Shown: in pieces, positions 42,625-56,174 of the stretch
Numbering within the stretch: the stretch's first letter is position 1
How the letters are laid out: every line of letters begins with the position of its first letter
Assembly: GCA_013265495.1 (NCBI GenBank)
Contig: MU058844.1
Span: 12,546,184 to 12,610,183, forward strand
DNA: 64,000 bases
Direction of reading: 5' to 3'
DNA from: Vicugna vicugna
Lineage: Eukaryota
The notes under the pieces: generated by a model
What the model saw: only the letters and a program-made list of their open reading frames with translations
Databases searched by the model: none
What the model was told of the DNA's origin: nothing
Program-made: the position numbers and the translations under genes

Positions 42625-43123
42625 TGGTAGTTGGTTTGGCCAGAGGGACTCTCTGATGACCACAGTGAGAGTCTCATAAGGATGCAGTCAAAGTTTCAGC
42701 CAGGGCTGGAGTCATTTCACTGCCCGACAGGACTGTAGAATCTCCTTCCAAGCTCACTCATGTTTTTGTTGGGAAAAGGCTTCAACTTCTCAGGGGCTGT
42801 TGGTTGGAGGCCTCTGTCCCTCACCATGTGGGCCCTCCATAGGCTGCTTGAGTGTCCTCCTGACATGGCAGCTGGCTTCCCCAGAGCAAGTGATCCACCC
42901 AACAGAGAAAGAGAGACAGAGACAGAGACATAGATGGAGGAGTGGGGGGGGGGACAACAGGAGGAAATCAATGCCTTTTCTCACCTTGTCTTAGAATCAC
43001 ACACTTGAATCTATTTTCTAGAAGGACGTCACTAATCCAGCACACACTCAAGGAAAGGGGACTTAAATGCCACCTGATGAAGGGAGGAGTAGCAAAGGAC
43101 ATAGTTTTAAACTACCACAATCA
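42625..43123 (-). mobile_element. MLT1 (MaLR) LTR
   Basis: tcttccaagctcactcatg...ccatgtgggcctctccataggctgcttgagtgtcctcctgacatggcagctggcttccccagagcaagtgatcc...taaactaccaca. Confidence 0.8.
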
Positions 43124-43287
43124 AGGAGGGGAGGGTATTGCTCAAGTGGTAGCGAGCGTGCTTAGCATGCATGAGGTCCTGGGTTCAATCCCCAGTACCG
43201 CTTCTAAAAATAAATAAATAAACCTAATTACCTCCCCCCTCCAAATATCAAATAAATAAATTAAATAACATTAAAAAAAAAAAAACC
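43124..43287 (+). mobile_element. tRNA-Ala-derived SINE (camelid vic-1 type)
   Basis: ggggagggtattgctcaagtggtagcgagcgtgcttagcatgcatgaggtcctgggttcaatccccagtacc plus an A-rich tail. Perfect 14-bp TSD AACTACCACAATCA at 43110-43123 and 43288-43301. Confidence 0.9.
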
Positions 43288-45229
43288 AACTACCACAATC
43301 AGCTGGGAGTCCTAACTGCAAATAACAGAAAACCCATCTCAAAGTGGAATAAACATCAGTGGAAACTCCTTTGCTCCCAAAATGAGTAGTTTGTTTCAGA
43401 GCTCGCGCTCTCTCTCTCTCTTTCTCTCTCCCTCTCTCTCCCCCCTCTCTTCCTCTCTCCCTCTCTGTGCTGAATCATCCTCAGGCTGGCTTCCTACCAG
43501 CAAAGTGACTGTAGCAACTCTAGGCCTCATGTACGCACACAGCACCTGCCCGGAGAGCAGGGCCCGATCTCAGCACCCAGCAGAGCTGGTCACATGACCA
43601 CCACCCCCAGGAGTCCAGGAGTGGGAAGGCTCTGATTGGCCCCAGTGCTCCACCCCAAATCAGGGCTATGGAGGCACTTCCCTAAAAGCACATGGACCCC
43701 CAAATAATAACCCTGCACCTCTGGGAAAAGAGGAATAGATGCTGGAGAGGCAACCATGAAAACATGAAAATCTACTACAAAAGTCAGGTAAGCTTTTGTG
43801 AGCGTTTAAAAGAAACTGAAGAGAAAGGAATATAATTAAGAATGCCAACGAAATGAGTCAGAAGCACAGGCAGGGTGGACAAGCTCGGGAAGGGCTGGAG
43901 GACCACCTGTTCCTCTGAGGTCAGGGACAGCAAGCGTAAACACGGGAGAAAATACGAGTGAATAGAGGCAAAGTGCAGGAGGGCTGAGGCACTGCTGGCC
44001 GGTGGTCGGGAATTCGAATGAAGGAGAAGGTGATGTCACCAATGGAAAATAACGGAGAAAAGTGAAATAGGGCATTGCAGGGGTTAAGATGGATGAAATG
44101 GACTGACTTGGCGGTTAAGGCTAATGGTATTCTTCATAGTAGTAGAGCTAGAAAAACTCCGCTGTAATAAGGAAACATAAGCAGAGCTAGAAAAGCAAGA
44201 AAGCTCTGATAGAAAAGAAAACCTGAAGAGTGCTGGAACAGGAGGTAATAGAATTGAAGGGAAATGGTACTCACTAAAGAAAAGGTTAAGAAATAATGCA
44301 GGTTATACGAAAGTGGACTTTGAAGCAACTTTTTAAAAAAAGCAACCACGGCAAATATCGAGACAAAGACACACTAATCTACTTTTCAAAATGTAAGTGT
44401 ATATAACTTATTTTCTCTGCCAGAAAATGCATCACAGAGTTTTAGGGCTGAGTATGAGTAATTTTTAATTCCCACCACTGCTGCTAAATCTTGGCTAAGA
44501 AATAAGGCGGGAACAGCTGCTTCTTTTTTTTATTATTAAGCATGTAGATTAGCAAAATGAGAATTTATTTTTTCCTTTATTTAGCATATAGTAAAAGATT
44601 TCTCTCCATCTAGCTGGCTGCTGGGAAGGAATCCTTGCCCTAAAATAAAACAAAGGAGCCCTGTGTTTAATTCACATTCATCTGGTCCAGAGTTTTGTTA
44701 AGAAAAAGTAGCGTGAAATAAAGAGAATAAAAATATTTGAAAAATCTGGCCTTGGAGCACAAGGTCATGAAGAAAGGCAACCTTGGTTCAACTTGCCTTA
44801 GGACAGTGACCTTGACAAAGGGCTTTGATTCAGAATTGGTTAATGGGTTCCAGAGACTGAAGGAGCTGTTATAAGTACAGAGTGCATTTCTTAGGAAAAA
44901 GAAACATCCTGCTGGACACATTTAACCTTCAACTTTGCCTCTTAGAATATAAGTTTGAAGGGGTCAAACAGACTAGGACCCTATGGAATTAAGAAAAGCT
45001 TATTCTTCTTCATGAGGGCAAATTTCTCCCACTAGATTTTCCCAAGGCACACAATTTACTTTCTACTGGCAGGCTCTTAATTAATTGTTTTGGAAAATAC
45101 TTACTACTTTCTTACCACCAAACCTCTCAGTAAGCAACATAAGATGAATGCTCAGCAAAGCCCCATTTCTATTTCTTTCTCAGGGCAGAGGAGGACATCA
45201 AGATATCCTTCCTTAACGTAACAATCATC

Positions 45230-45450
45230 ATTTCTTGAGTGTTTACCATGTCCTGGGTGCTATAGTTGGATTTTACATACATCGCCTGATTTAATCTTCC
45301 CAACTATCCTGCAAGGTGTGTGATATCATCATTTTATAGATAAAGAAACAGATGTAAAGAAGTGAAGTAATAGGTCAAGCTCACAGAGCTGGTAGGCGTC
45401 CGTGCTGTATGTTGAAACAACGTCTGTTTGATTCCAAAGCTCATGCTGTT
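45230..45450 (-). mobile_element. MIR SINE
   Basis: tttaatcttcccaactatcctgcaagg...attttatagataaagaaacaga...aagctcacagagctggtagg. Confidence 0.75.
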
Positions 45451-46218
45451 TCTTTTGCACCGCTCTGTCCAAATAAACTGAAAGAATTTCTTAACATTTA
45501 TAACGAAAAGAGACAACAGTTTAAAGAGAAATAAGATACTTTAAAATGTTGATAATTAAATACAAATACAGATTTAGTCAAAATCAAATGTTGTATGTTA
45601 TCCTCAGACTCACTGTAAAATATACACAGATACACAGAGGGACAGCTAGCAGACATACTTGTAGGTCAGAAGCAAGCCCAACTCCAAATGATAGGATGTG
45701 GTTGTGGAATTTAGGGACAACATGAACATGTCAGAAAGCAAACAGGTCAGGTTCTGGAGGCATCAAGAACCCAACAGCAGGAGAGAACAGACGATGGTTT
45801 GCTGAAAACCAGTGTGGTAGCGAAATTCACTGATAGCTTCATTCAGTAGAAACACAACATAGACCAATGTAAGAAAAAAAAGTAACTGTAAGCAGCAGAG
45901 CTAAAGTGAATGTAGACTCTGAACGGCAGAATTTCCTTGTCAGCCCAAGAAGTCAAGCCTCTGACATTAGCTGATGTCATGAAAATACGGACTGCCCATA
46001 TTTAGCAAAGCTCACAGCAGGCGGGAATGCTTCCAGACTCCTGCCACACTATCAGGAGATATCAATCACCACTCTGTGTTTTCGCTAAGTACTTGGTGGA
46101 CAGAGAATAAGGCTGCTCTTATAATGGGTTTATCCTGGATTGGCCCCAGAATATAAAATAAAACAATAATGATATTATAAGCCACTTCTGTAGTTTGTCA
46201 TGCAGATATACACCAGGG

Positions 46219-46426
46219 CAGTGGCTGTCAACCAAAGCCCTCTGTCCCCTTCCCCCGAGAAGGCATGTGGCAGTGTCTGGAGACTTTTTGATTGTTACAA
46301 TGTGGAGGGAGGGGTGCTACTCGCATCTGGTGGGCGGAGGCATCCTACAAAGCACAAAACAGGCCCCCCCAACTAGGAATTACCCAACCCCAAACGTCTG
46401 TAGTGTGGAGGCTGAGAAGCTCTGCA
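46219..46426. mobile_element. MER20 hAT-Charlie element about 1 kb upstream of the TSS
   Basis: cagtggctgtcaacc...ggcagtgtctggagactttttgattgttacaa...ggaattacccaaccccaaacgtctgtagtgtggaggctgagaagctctg. Confidence 0.8.
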
Positions 46427-46808
46427 CTAAAGAAGGCTCCCGCATCTGTGGCCTGAGGGAGACCCCCTAGGCACAGCCCTTTTTGAAAAGCTCCCCACTC
46501 TCTCAAATATCAATTGTCAGGGATCATCACTTCTGGCACAGAGGTCATCAGTAGGCCTACAATATGAACCCGAGAGAGATAGCATTGTTTATTTTTCTTT
46601 TCATCTAAAACAATAAATCAGCCTGTAGCTCAGGTATGGCGTACCCTGGACTGTCACTGCCGTTCCTGGGCTTTTCTGACATCAACAAACTTAACCCCAG
46701 GCCCTTTGGCGCCCCGTTTCTGGCCGGCTTGGTCACTTTGCTCCAGCCCCCGCCCCCGCAGCAGCGGTGGTGGGAAAAGCAAAACACTTCGGTAATGAGG
46801 CGTTTTTG

Positions 46809-46832
46809 TAACGTCATTTATTTAGTCTAGAT
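46809..46832 (+). promoter_or_regulatory. CRE-like site (TAACGTCA) plus Smad-binding element (GTCTAGAT)
   Basis: TAACGTCA at 46809-46816 and GTCTAGAT at 46825-46832 (one mismatch from the palindromic SBE GTCTAGAC). From memory, this matches the ATF2/Smad TGF-beta response module described for the mouse Csrp2 promoter. Confidence 0.65.
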
Positions 46833-47475
46833 GAGAAATTTTGCTCTTTAAGAACAGGAAGGTTGCCGATTCCCAGAAGCTGGAAATCGGGCCAGAGACT
46901 ATTTGTCCACTGGGGAAGTTAATCACGTCGAGTTTACTTATAAGGATAAGGCAAGGGAGGGGTGGTGGAAACCCCCACTTGGCCGATTTTCTAGTGCTGG
47001 AGCCCCCTCGACCTTGGAGTGTCCCCTCCTGAAGGAGAACTGGCGCCCGCGGTAGGAAGGGCACGTCGCATGGCGGCGGGGGCTGTTTCCCAGCGGGACA
47101 GCCCCGCCGTCCGGCCTCCCTGCAGGGTGAGGAAGTCACCTTTCCCAAATCCTAGTCACTAGTAGAAACCGCCGCCTCCTGTCACGAGGCAGAGGAATTA
47201 GAGGAGTAAAGCGGGAGGGAGCGGTCCCGGGACGTGGGAAGATGCCGGCCGGGCGGGAAGCCGCAGGAAGAGGCGGGATTCTGCCTTTTGTCTCTCGGTC
47301 CTTACCCGGAGCCCGGCGGCGACCAGCGCTCCCGCCAGACGTCCCCAGCGCTCCCAGCGGGTCCGGGAATCCGCCAGGCGCGCCGGGGCGGGGCGGGGCG
47401 CGGCGGAGTGGGGGCGGGGCGCACAGGCCACGCCCACAGGGGCTTTAATAGGGGCGGGCGCGCAGGGCGCTGCGG

Positions 47476-47549
47476 CTTCCAGACTCCAGCTGCGCTTTCT
47501 CGAGTCCTCGCTAGCTCTGCCCGCGGTGCGTGGTCCTGCTTCGATCAGA
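47476..47549 (+). other. CSRP2: CSRP2 non-coding exon 1 (5' UTR)
   Basis: Lies about 30 nt downstream of TATA-like TTTAATA (47444-47450) in the CpG island. It ends at a strong donor, AGA|GTGAGT (GT at 47550-47551). The start is inferred from TATA spacing. Confidence 0.8.
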
Positions 47550-50500
47550 GTGAGTAGCGGAGGTGGGGGCATCGTCGCCAACCCGGGGGTGAGGGGTTCC
47601 CTCAGCCTCCCGGGATTCTCAGGCAGCCTTGCCGGCGCCCCTTCTCATCTCCGACGTCCCCATCGCGGTCCCCATTTGGACCCCTAGCCATCCTCCTCAC
47701 CCCCGCGCCCCGATCCCCGCCAGGCGCCTCCACACACCTGCCCAGCTCCGCGTGGCCGCCCCAGCCCTGCTCTCAGATCTCGGGCACGCTGGGCAGAGAA
47801 ATAACCTCCTTACCGGTTTCTTTGGGAGAGAGAGAGGTGGGGTCGAGAGTTTCGGGTGGCTGCTAATCCCCCTTTTAGTAGCCTTGGGCCCCCTCCTCCA
47901 GGGGCGCGTTCTCTCTTAGCCGAGGCGGTAGCGGGGGGCGGGATCCGAGTCTCGGGGTCTCTGGTGCCCCCCGCCGAGGGCGACCTTCCCAGGGAGCTGG
48001 TTCGTAGCCCTGCAGGTAAGGTGGGGGCTCCCACAGCCCGCCAAACGCAAAATCCTTCCCCTATTGCGGTGCGGAGCTCCTGGTACCCCTATTGTTTGGT
48101 GGTCTCTGCCCACCGAGCACCAAACCTTAAATATTGAAGAAACAGCAGTGAAACGTCATATTGAGCACTCCCGGCGTTTTCCGGAACTTTCTACCATTCA
48201 GGTACAAACCGGGAAAGCAAGAATGTTTGGTTGTAAATTCTGCAACAGGTCCTGAAAATCACATCCTCTGTTCCCAAGCTCCACGTAGGCAGCCCCCAGG
48301 GCGAGGGAGGGGGGTTTTCTGAGTCGGGAGACACCCACGTCCGCCCCACCCCCACCTTCCCCCCAGCCAGGACGTTTGTTGAACGGTATTTGTTTAAATG
48401 GTTATCCAAGATGTTTAACTTGTTTTATTAGCAGTCTGCAGACCAAGCACATTTTCATTTTATAAACGCTTTTTATTTTAGGTAGTTTTTTAAACTCGGG
48501 CATTAAAAATGGTCTCAAGTTCTTTTTCTTTTTTTTTTTTTAGTTCTTAACTTTTCTAATTAACCTGTTTTAAAGCTCTACTTTTAAAAAAATGCCAAGA
48601 ATTCGAGTAGAGCAGCCACGAAATTGGCTATAATTTGACTTAAATTTTCAGGAAAGAGATGAGCAATAGATTCTAAAAGGGTGAATTTCACATACTTTAA
48701 AAACTGCATACCAAACTAGAACCGATTTTATGATGTCCTCTGCGGTCTCCCCCTACTGTCTCCTTGCTCATTGCCCTCTCAAATTGATTGCCACCGATAC
48801 TTTATCAATATTTCTCAAAGCTCTTTCTCCTCTGGATTCTAGTTTCCTTTGCTCTTTCAGAGTGAAGTTAGGTAGAGACAGCATCCCGTGCGGTCTCTGG
48901 AACTTAACAGTGCTTGGCTTAGGTTGGACCAGAGCCAATATGGGCTCAGTGAATGAAGGGATGAGTAAGGTTGCAATTGTAGAGCACACAGATTTAATTG
49001 GACTCAGGCATTAGATACATTAGCAGATTTGCTCCAAGGTTTCTATTGAGTTTTTTAACGGATTCCTCCAAGCGTATTCACAAATATTGATAGTACTATA
49101 TGCTAAATACTGGGCTGAAAGCAGTAGTCACTGGAGGTTTGTCCTGATGAGATTGCCAAATCACTTGGATTTTGAGGAAGTTGTATTTTATACTAAAACA
49201 GTAAGAACCATGGCATAGAGTAGAGGGGGCAGTAATAAATGAGGAGCTCTAGAAGCCTGGGTCCAGCTTCAATGCCGCCACGAAATGTGGTGATCTGGGC
49301 CTCTAATTTTTCTTCTCTGTCAAAAATTAGGTCAGTCAGATGAGCGGGGGAGAGCAAGCCCACTGTGGGAGAGGAGGCATAGCATGGTGAGGAGGACAGG
49401 ACTGGCCAGTTGAGGCCAAATCCACATCCCAGTTTCAGCACCCACTCATTTGGATGACCTTAGGCAAGCTCTTTTCCTCTCTGGCCTCGATTACTTCACC
49501 TTGTAAAATGGATGTAACAGCACATACCTTGCAGGGGTTCTTGGAAGGCATGCTGTTCCTTGCAGGAAGCCCAGCGCAGCTTGAGGAGAGGTTCTTTGTA
49601 ATGAGACTCCGTTCTGCACTTGGTTGAACATAGGGAGAAATGGCTATTAATGAAAGGCTCCTCCAGGAGGGGAGTGCTGACTCAGACTGAACAGTATTGC
49701 CCACTTTCCCCCCTTTGCAGAAGAAGTTCACAGGTTTCCTCAATTGTATCATTTCTGGGACTGGTATTTGCATGGCATCCCCTGTCTTCTATTGGATGGG
49801 GGAGATTCCTACACTTGGATTACCTAGGATGGTGATCCCTAACTTTTTTGTGTTGTGGAACTTTCTGGCAGTCTGGCAAAGCTGTTTTTAAGTGCATAAA
49901 AAAGTACAGGGTACCCAGTTTACCAATGCCCAGAATTTCAAGGAATCTGTGGACCCCGGGTTAAGACTCCTGACTTAGGGGAGTCTTCTCAAACTGGATG
50001 GTGGAGGAGCCAGGCACAAGTTCTGATTGTTGAAAAGAAAACTTAAATTTTAGCATAAGTCTTAGAGGAAGAACCGAAAGATGTATAAAATATACTGTAA
50101 CTCATTTGCAAAGGACATCAGTTTCCTTGCTGTTCTGTTCACCATCTCATTATGCCAACAGTACCTTGACCGAGAAGGAGAGGACACACCGTGTGGTACA
50201 TTAGGGCCTTACGACTTCCCAGTTCACCATGGGAAAGAAGGTTTCGTGGTGGCACCTCTTCCAAAAGAGAAAAGTTGGAGAGAGGATCAAAATACCTAAT
50301 TTAAGAACTGCTGGAGCAGTTAGTCACTACTACGTCTGTGCTGCTAGCAGTGGTTTAGTTTTAGTGAAACATCAGTCAAATAAACTCAGTACAGTCCATT
50401 TGAATTTTCATTGGTATTTTTAAGTGGAATTGGTAATTTTGTTTCCATTTCACAGTTATGAGCCACTTAATGTATCTGTACCACAGCTTTCTCACCCATA

Positions 50501-53500
50501 CAGTGAGGATAATGGTTAATGCCTACCTCAGTTGTTACAAGGATTAGGTAAGTTAATATAAGTAAACTACTTAACATAAGCATAGTCAGCTTTATATATG
50601 TATTTCTAGTTATTGTTACTTACCGTGTGGCGGGCAGTATTCTAAGTGCTTTACGTATATTGTTCAGTCTCAAAACTGCCTTACGATATAAAACCTTTTT
50701 AAAAAGAGAAAACGAGCAGATCAAGTTGCCAGCCTAAGACCATTTGGCAAATAAACAGGTGTCTTAGCATAGAAATCTCAGTCTGACTCCATGGAAAAAT
50801 CACACAAGCATTAGATCGTTTGAATAATTAAATATCTTGTAGTTTGCACAGACTGGATTGCCGTGGCAGATGCTGGAGGCCAGGGTGACCGAGTTGCTGG
50901 CGCAGTTGCGTTCCAGTTACAGTGTGTGATTTGGCAGGTAGTCTCCAAAGCTCTGTCAAGGATTCTGCTGACCTCCAAGTTGAAGACAAGAGTGGTAACA
51001 GATACAGAACTTGTAACAAACGGTGAGGCTGATCTGAGTACAACAGAGCTTACAAGACAGAAGGGAGGTGGCCCTCGGTAAGAGGATAGATTTTGGTCAG
51101 CAGAGAGGGCTGGCAGAGTGCTTTTTGTTGAAAGTAGCAATCGGGGTGTGAGATGAGCGAATAGAGGACACTTGCTGACTGCTAGTTGGATGGATGGAGA
51201 GTGGGCAGAGAGGAAGGCGTTCCTGTGTGTAAGTGACTTGATATTCTCAAGGACTGATGACTCTCAGGTGGTTTGAATGTCCCCAACCCTTAACTTTGGG
51301 GGACCGCTTGTGGTCCTGGAGTTAACCATGAATGGCTGAGCCTAGATTTGCATCTTGGGAGGTCAGTGACCTGAGCAAGTCGCTTAATTTAACACTGCCT
51401 GTTTGGTAACCATATTCAGAACCACCGGGGCTCTTGCAGGAAAAGGAAGCCAACGTTTGTGGAGGCCAGGCTCTCTGCCAGGTACTTTACGAATGTTATC
51501 TCATTAAATCCTTACAACCATCCACTGAGAGAGTTCTCGTCATCCATCTCCAAGTTACAGCTGAAGAAGCTGAGGCTCAAAGATTAAGGAGCTTGGCCGA
51601 GATCACAGAGCTGTAACTGACTTTCAGACTGATGTCTGTCTAATTCTAAGCTCCACACTCTTTCTTTGTTCCCAGGACTGTCTTAGAGGCAGCATGTGCA
51701 CTGCACTTTCTATGAAGGACGTTATTAATCACAATAATGTTTAAAGCAGAACCTTGACTGAACTCTGGAATCTTTTCCAACATAGTTCCAGGAACCCACT
51801 GTGGGTCAGTCAACAAGATGAAGCTGTTTTGACATCCCTATATAAATAGACCATACAGACTCCCTAAAGCCCTTTCTACGTGCTTCTGTGGTATGGGCTG
51901 TATTATATCGCCATTGTTTGTTGACCTATTTCTACCACCAAAGTAGAACTCCCGGAGAAACGGGCAGCCTTCTTTTACCCTTTTATCCTCAGCTCCTCAC
52001 CCAAGATGTGGCTTATAAAATGTTGAATTAATATATTTATAGGAGAGCTTCATAAACAGTCCAGTGTTACACAGTGTTTACTAGCTGCTCCTACCCTGGG
52101 GAGAATTACTCGAAATTGAGAAATGAAGCCAGGAGTTTAGCTGGGGAAGGAAGGAGGGAGGTAAGTCAGTTTTCCTGATGTGGAGGGATGAGGGCGGGAT
52201 GGAGGGATGGATGGACTCTGAGACGGGCAGGAGAAGGTGAGTGTTGAAAACAAAGACTGAACATTGCTAAATATTGCTGATAAAGTCTACTGATAATTGA
52301 GTGCCGACTGTAAGCATTTTTCTCATCTCATTCTCTTCACAACTCTGTAAGAAAGGTACCGTTATCCTCATTTTACGTCTGAAAAGTGAGACTGTATTGA
52401 CTCCAAAATCCATGTTTCCCCTGAGGCTGAGCTGTCTTAAAGGCCAGCTTAAAGACTTGGCTTTGGTAGAAGGAGCCAAACAGGACATGGAGCCCATCAC
52501 TGAGACACGGAGAGTCTGTCCTTGCTCAGCAGTGCTCACTCAGAAAACGGAAGTAGACTAAGCAGATAGTTTGGGTTGCAGAAGAAAAAAAGGTTTACGA
52601 TGGGCACTGGGTAAAGATTAACTTCCAGTTAATTACAGCTCTCAGACTCGGGCCTCTTTACAAGTCATTGTAATTGGGGACAATGCTATTCACTTACATT
52701 TTCTCGTAACAAGTGACTCCCCCTCTGGATGTGGCTCAAGATGAAACTGGTTTATAGTAGATTCTTCTTTTGGGAAATTAGATTATAGCCAGGTTCCAGT
52801 ATCATAACAAAGCCCTGTGTGTAGTCATGAAATGTCAAAGCTTCTGGAAGCATTTAGAATCTGGGTTTATAGATGAATTCACTCCAAACCTCTGGTATCA
52901 GAGCGATTAACTTTAATGGCAAGTGGCGACACGTAGACTTGAAATTCATGGATTTGAGTCACTCAGATGCTAAGCGAAGGCAGTACACGCAGCACCGGTG
53001 GCGAGAATGATCCCTGTGGTCGTTTTGTGTTCTCGTCGGTTGTCCAGAGAACGAGCTAACTTTACCACAAGGTGACTCAGATTTAGACTATAGTCATTTT
53101 CTTCCAGGGCTAAGTCTTAGGAATGCCGGGTGGTGTCTCAGACTAGGGAGAAGCAGCAAAAGGAAACTGCACATAGGTGTGGAGATGTCAACCAAGCTTT
53201 TTAATCTAACACAGTGAGTGGACAAATCCTAGTGGCGGAGCTCTTTCAGGCATTGAAACCCAAAGAACAAGACGAAGCTGGACAAGCCCGGAGTTGGCCT
53301 CTTTTAAGAGGTGTGTGTAACGTGGGATTTTATTTCTCCTCTTGCTATTCTGTAAATTAACACATAGAGTCGGGGAAGGCATGCAGCCCAGATTGCTCTG
53401 TGCACATCCAGTCTGCTTTGATTAGTGGCAGCTGTTGTGGAGTAGAGCCGCCAAGGGCTTGTAGGAAACATGAAGCCTTGGTTTTGGGTTTATATATATA

Positions 53501-56062
53501 TGCATATATATATGCACACACACGCATAGCAATGCCAAGAGTGACAGAAATGGAAGATGGTCCCATTCCCCCTGCCAAATCCAGCAAACATCCACAGGGG
53601 GTCACCCTGAAAGTGTAGATTTGAACTTCATGTCTTATCACCACAAGTGGAACTGTCGTCGTGCTTGCAGCGAGCTGTGATGTCCCAGGAAAAGGTTTAT
53701 GAGCGACTGATGAGCCCTTTTTTCTCTATTCTGTTTGTTGCTCTGAGCTGGTCTGGGGTACTGACAGCCGGCCGGACAGTCCGAGATGCCCCCTCCATCT
53801 TCAAGCTACCGGTACCTGGGTGTCTGCCAAGGCGTTTGTTTACCTTGTCTTATCTTCACAATGTCTCTGTGAGGTGGAGAGAGCTACCTTTCTCCCGTTT
53901 TTTTTTTTTTCCAGATAAGCAAAGCCCAGGGCTGTACAACTGTTATCACAGTGGTTAACGCAGATCTATCTAAACCAGTCTCCCTTCCTTCCTCTCCCCC
54001 TCCCTTCCGTCCCTTCCATCATGAAATATTTCAGACATACAAAATAGAGCATCATGTATGGAACATCCAATTACCCACTGTCCAGCTTAAAAAAATTCAA
54101 CATAAATCCACTGAAGCTTTCTGAGGATGCTCTGTTACCCCACCAGCCTGGGCCACCGAAGGGGTTATTCAGAAATCCTTAGGAAAGCCTGTAAGCTGAG
54201 TGGAACTTGTGAAAAGTTTAATGACTTGGAAATTTTACTGAGACTCCAAGAATATGACAGAGTGTAAGGCGGTGCTACCTTTGTCTTCATAAGCATAAGA
54301 TTGAACTGGGAATTTTCATAGCTGGAAAAGGAAGGATTCTTTAAAACAAAAGACAATATTTTGACAGATGCCAAGTACTCTGGTGGATGGTGTGGGGGAA
54401 GACAGAGCTGTGGTCCCCACCCTCGGGGGGAAGAAGCTTTTAACATAGTGAGCTGAATGTTGTCGAACTTAGATACGTATTTCCCAAGAAGATGACATGA
54501 TCCACGTTTGGCTGGTGTGGCCTGTACAATAGGAGTTAGACTTGACGTAAAAGAAGTGAATTTAAGTAACCCTATTTTACATAAAGAAAGGGAAGATAGC
54601 CTTCCTTTTTTTAAAAGTCCAAGCTGCTCTACAATAGAGAGTGAAGTGATGAGTTAGCTTTTTTTTAAAATGTATTTTTAAATGTTATTCAAAGACAAGC
54701 CAGGATAGCGTTAGTCTTGTTAGAAATCTGGCTCCTTATTGGTGATTGCTCCCAAGTAAATATGTGAAAATGTAAGGTACCAGGTTTGGGATATGATGAC
54801 ACTTTCTGATGGGAAATGCCTTCAGTTCTGGATGGTCTTAATGGTATAGAATGGGCAGTGCGATGGGAATTTTCTCTGCCCCCTTTTAAGGACTGAAGGC
54901 TCTTCAGTCTTTTGCTTGGCAGCCATCCTTGTCCCTTCTTTTTCTAGCCAGGTTTGAGTAAGTAAGGAGGTCTCACCCTTCTCAAACAGCTGTTTCCTGG
55001 AGAGGCAAGCAGCTCACGGGAGGAGGCATCACAGACAAAGGCTGCGAACACCACTTACTGCAGGGAAGTCTGAACGTGACGGTGGGGACGAAAGGAATTC
55101 TTTTACTGTTTCCAGATACCACTCAAGGCAGGGCAGACATAACACACCGTCTTCGCAGGACAACTTGCTGTACCGGCAAAGGCCTGTGAGCTCGTCAGCC
55201 ATTCACAATGAGGCATTTTAAACTGGTTCAGATAGACGGATCCCTTGAGGTTAGAACCTGCTGGCCCCATGTCATAGCAAGATGGCTCACGATGTAAACC
55301 TCCAGCTCCACCACCTCATCGGGCCACGTTGCTCAGGGGTTATTCAGACACACTCAACAAACAGTTCGCTTTGCCAGGAAGGGAACTTGGTAGCATATTC
55401 GTGTGGACCGACGGGCCTACCAAAGAGGGAACACCAACTGTTGGTGGGGCTGGAGGACTCTGGGATTAGGGAAGCACGGAAACTGACATGGTAGACATCT
55501 GGGTGGGTGTCTGTTGTGGTTACAGCAAGGCTCCATGCATGCGGCTGTTCTAGCCAGGGAACCAACTATTTCCGCGATCCCCTGGCATAACTCTCAGACA
55601 AAACTAAAACTTAATCTCGCTGGGCAATCCAACACGTTCCTCCTCCCTAGAAAGTGTGTCCTAGCTGTGTATGTTAAATGATAAGAATTTGCTGGTGTTA
55701 CGATGAATTAAGTATGTGACCGAAACCTCCACCCAAGTGTAAGTTCTTCGCTGAGTGTGAGGGGCAGCGTTTGCCTCTCCAGCCCCCACACTTCCTTCTT
55801 AACTCCCGTGGATTCGAGCAGCACAGTTGTTTTGTGCCTGGCGACCTGCATGGTTCTAGTGTGCGCGACCAGCCGGTTTCCTAAGGAAAGAGCTGTGATC
55901 TGGGAGGTGAGAGCAGGTTCTTTGAAGGCATGCGGGCCATTTGGAGATGCAGCAGGAGGGCAGGTTAAAAAGAATCCAGCGCCTTCTTTAAACAGCTCTC
56001 CAGGACCTTGGGAGGCATTCCTCAGCTGGACTCACGTTCTCATGCTCCTCTCTTCCCTCAGG

Positions 56063-56174
56063 ATGCCCGTCTGGGGAGGTGGAAACAAGTGCGGGGCCTG
56101 CGGGAGGACCGTGTACCACGCGGAGGAGGTGCAGTGTGACGGCCGCAGCTTCCACCGCTGCTGCTTCCTGTGCA
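56063..56174 (+). CDS. CSRP2: CSRP2 exon 2, first coding exon (aa 1-37, start of LIM1)
   Basis: Acceptor ttccctcag|G-ATG (exon starts at 56062). Encodes [37 protein letters not shown]. Donor A|GTAAGT, phase 1. Confidence 0.97.

Larger units (their letters stand above)
46620..48400. promoter_or_regulatory. CpG island / CSRP2 promoter
   Basis: Abrupt rise in GC and CpG density. Tandem GC boxes (GGGGCGGGGCGGGGCG at about 47385-47400, GGGGGCGGGGCG at about 47410-47421) and a TATA-like TTTAATA at 47444-47450. Confidence 0.9.

Noticed and set aside
47198..48137. Several Pro/Arg/Gly/Ala-rich ORFs on both strands
   Set aside because: Typical CpG-island artefacts with no homology that I recognise.
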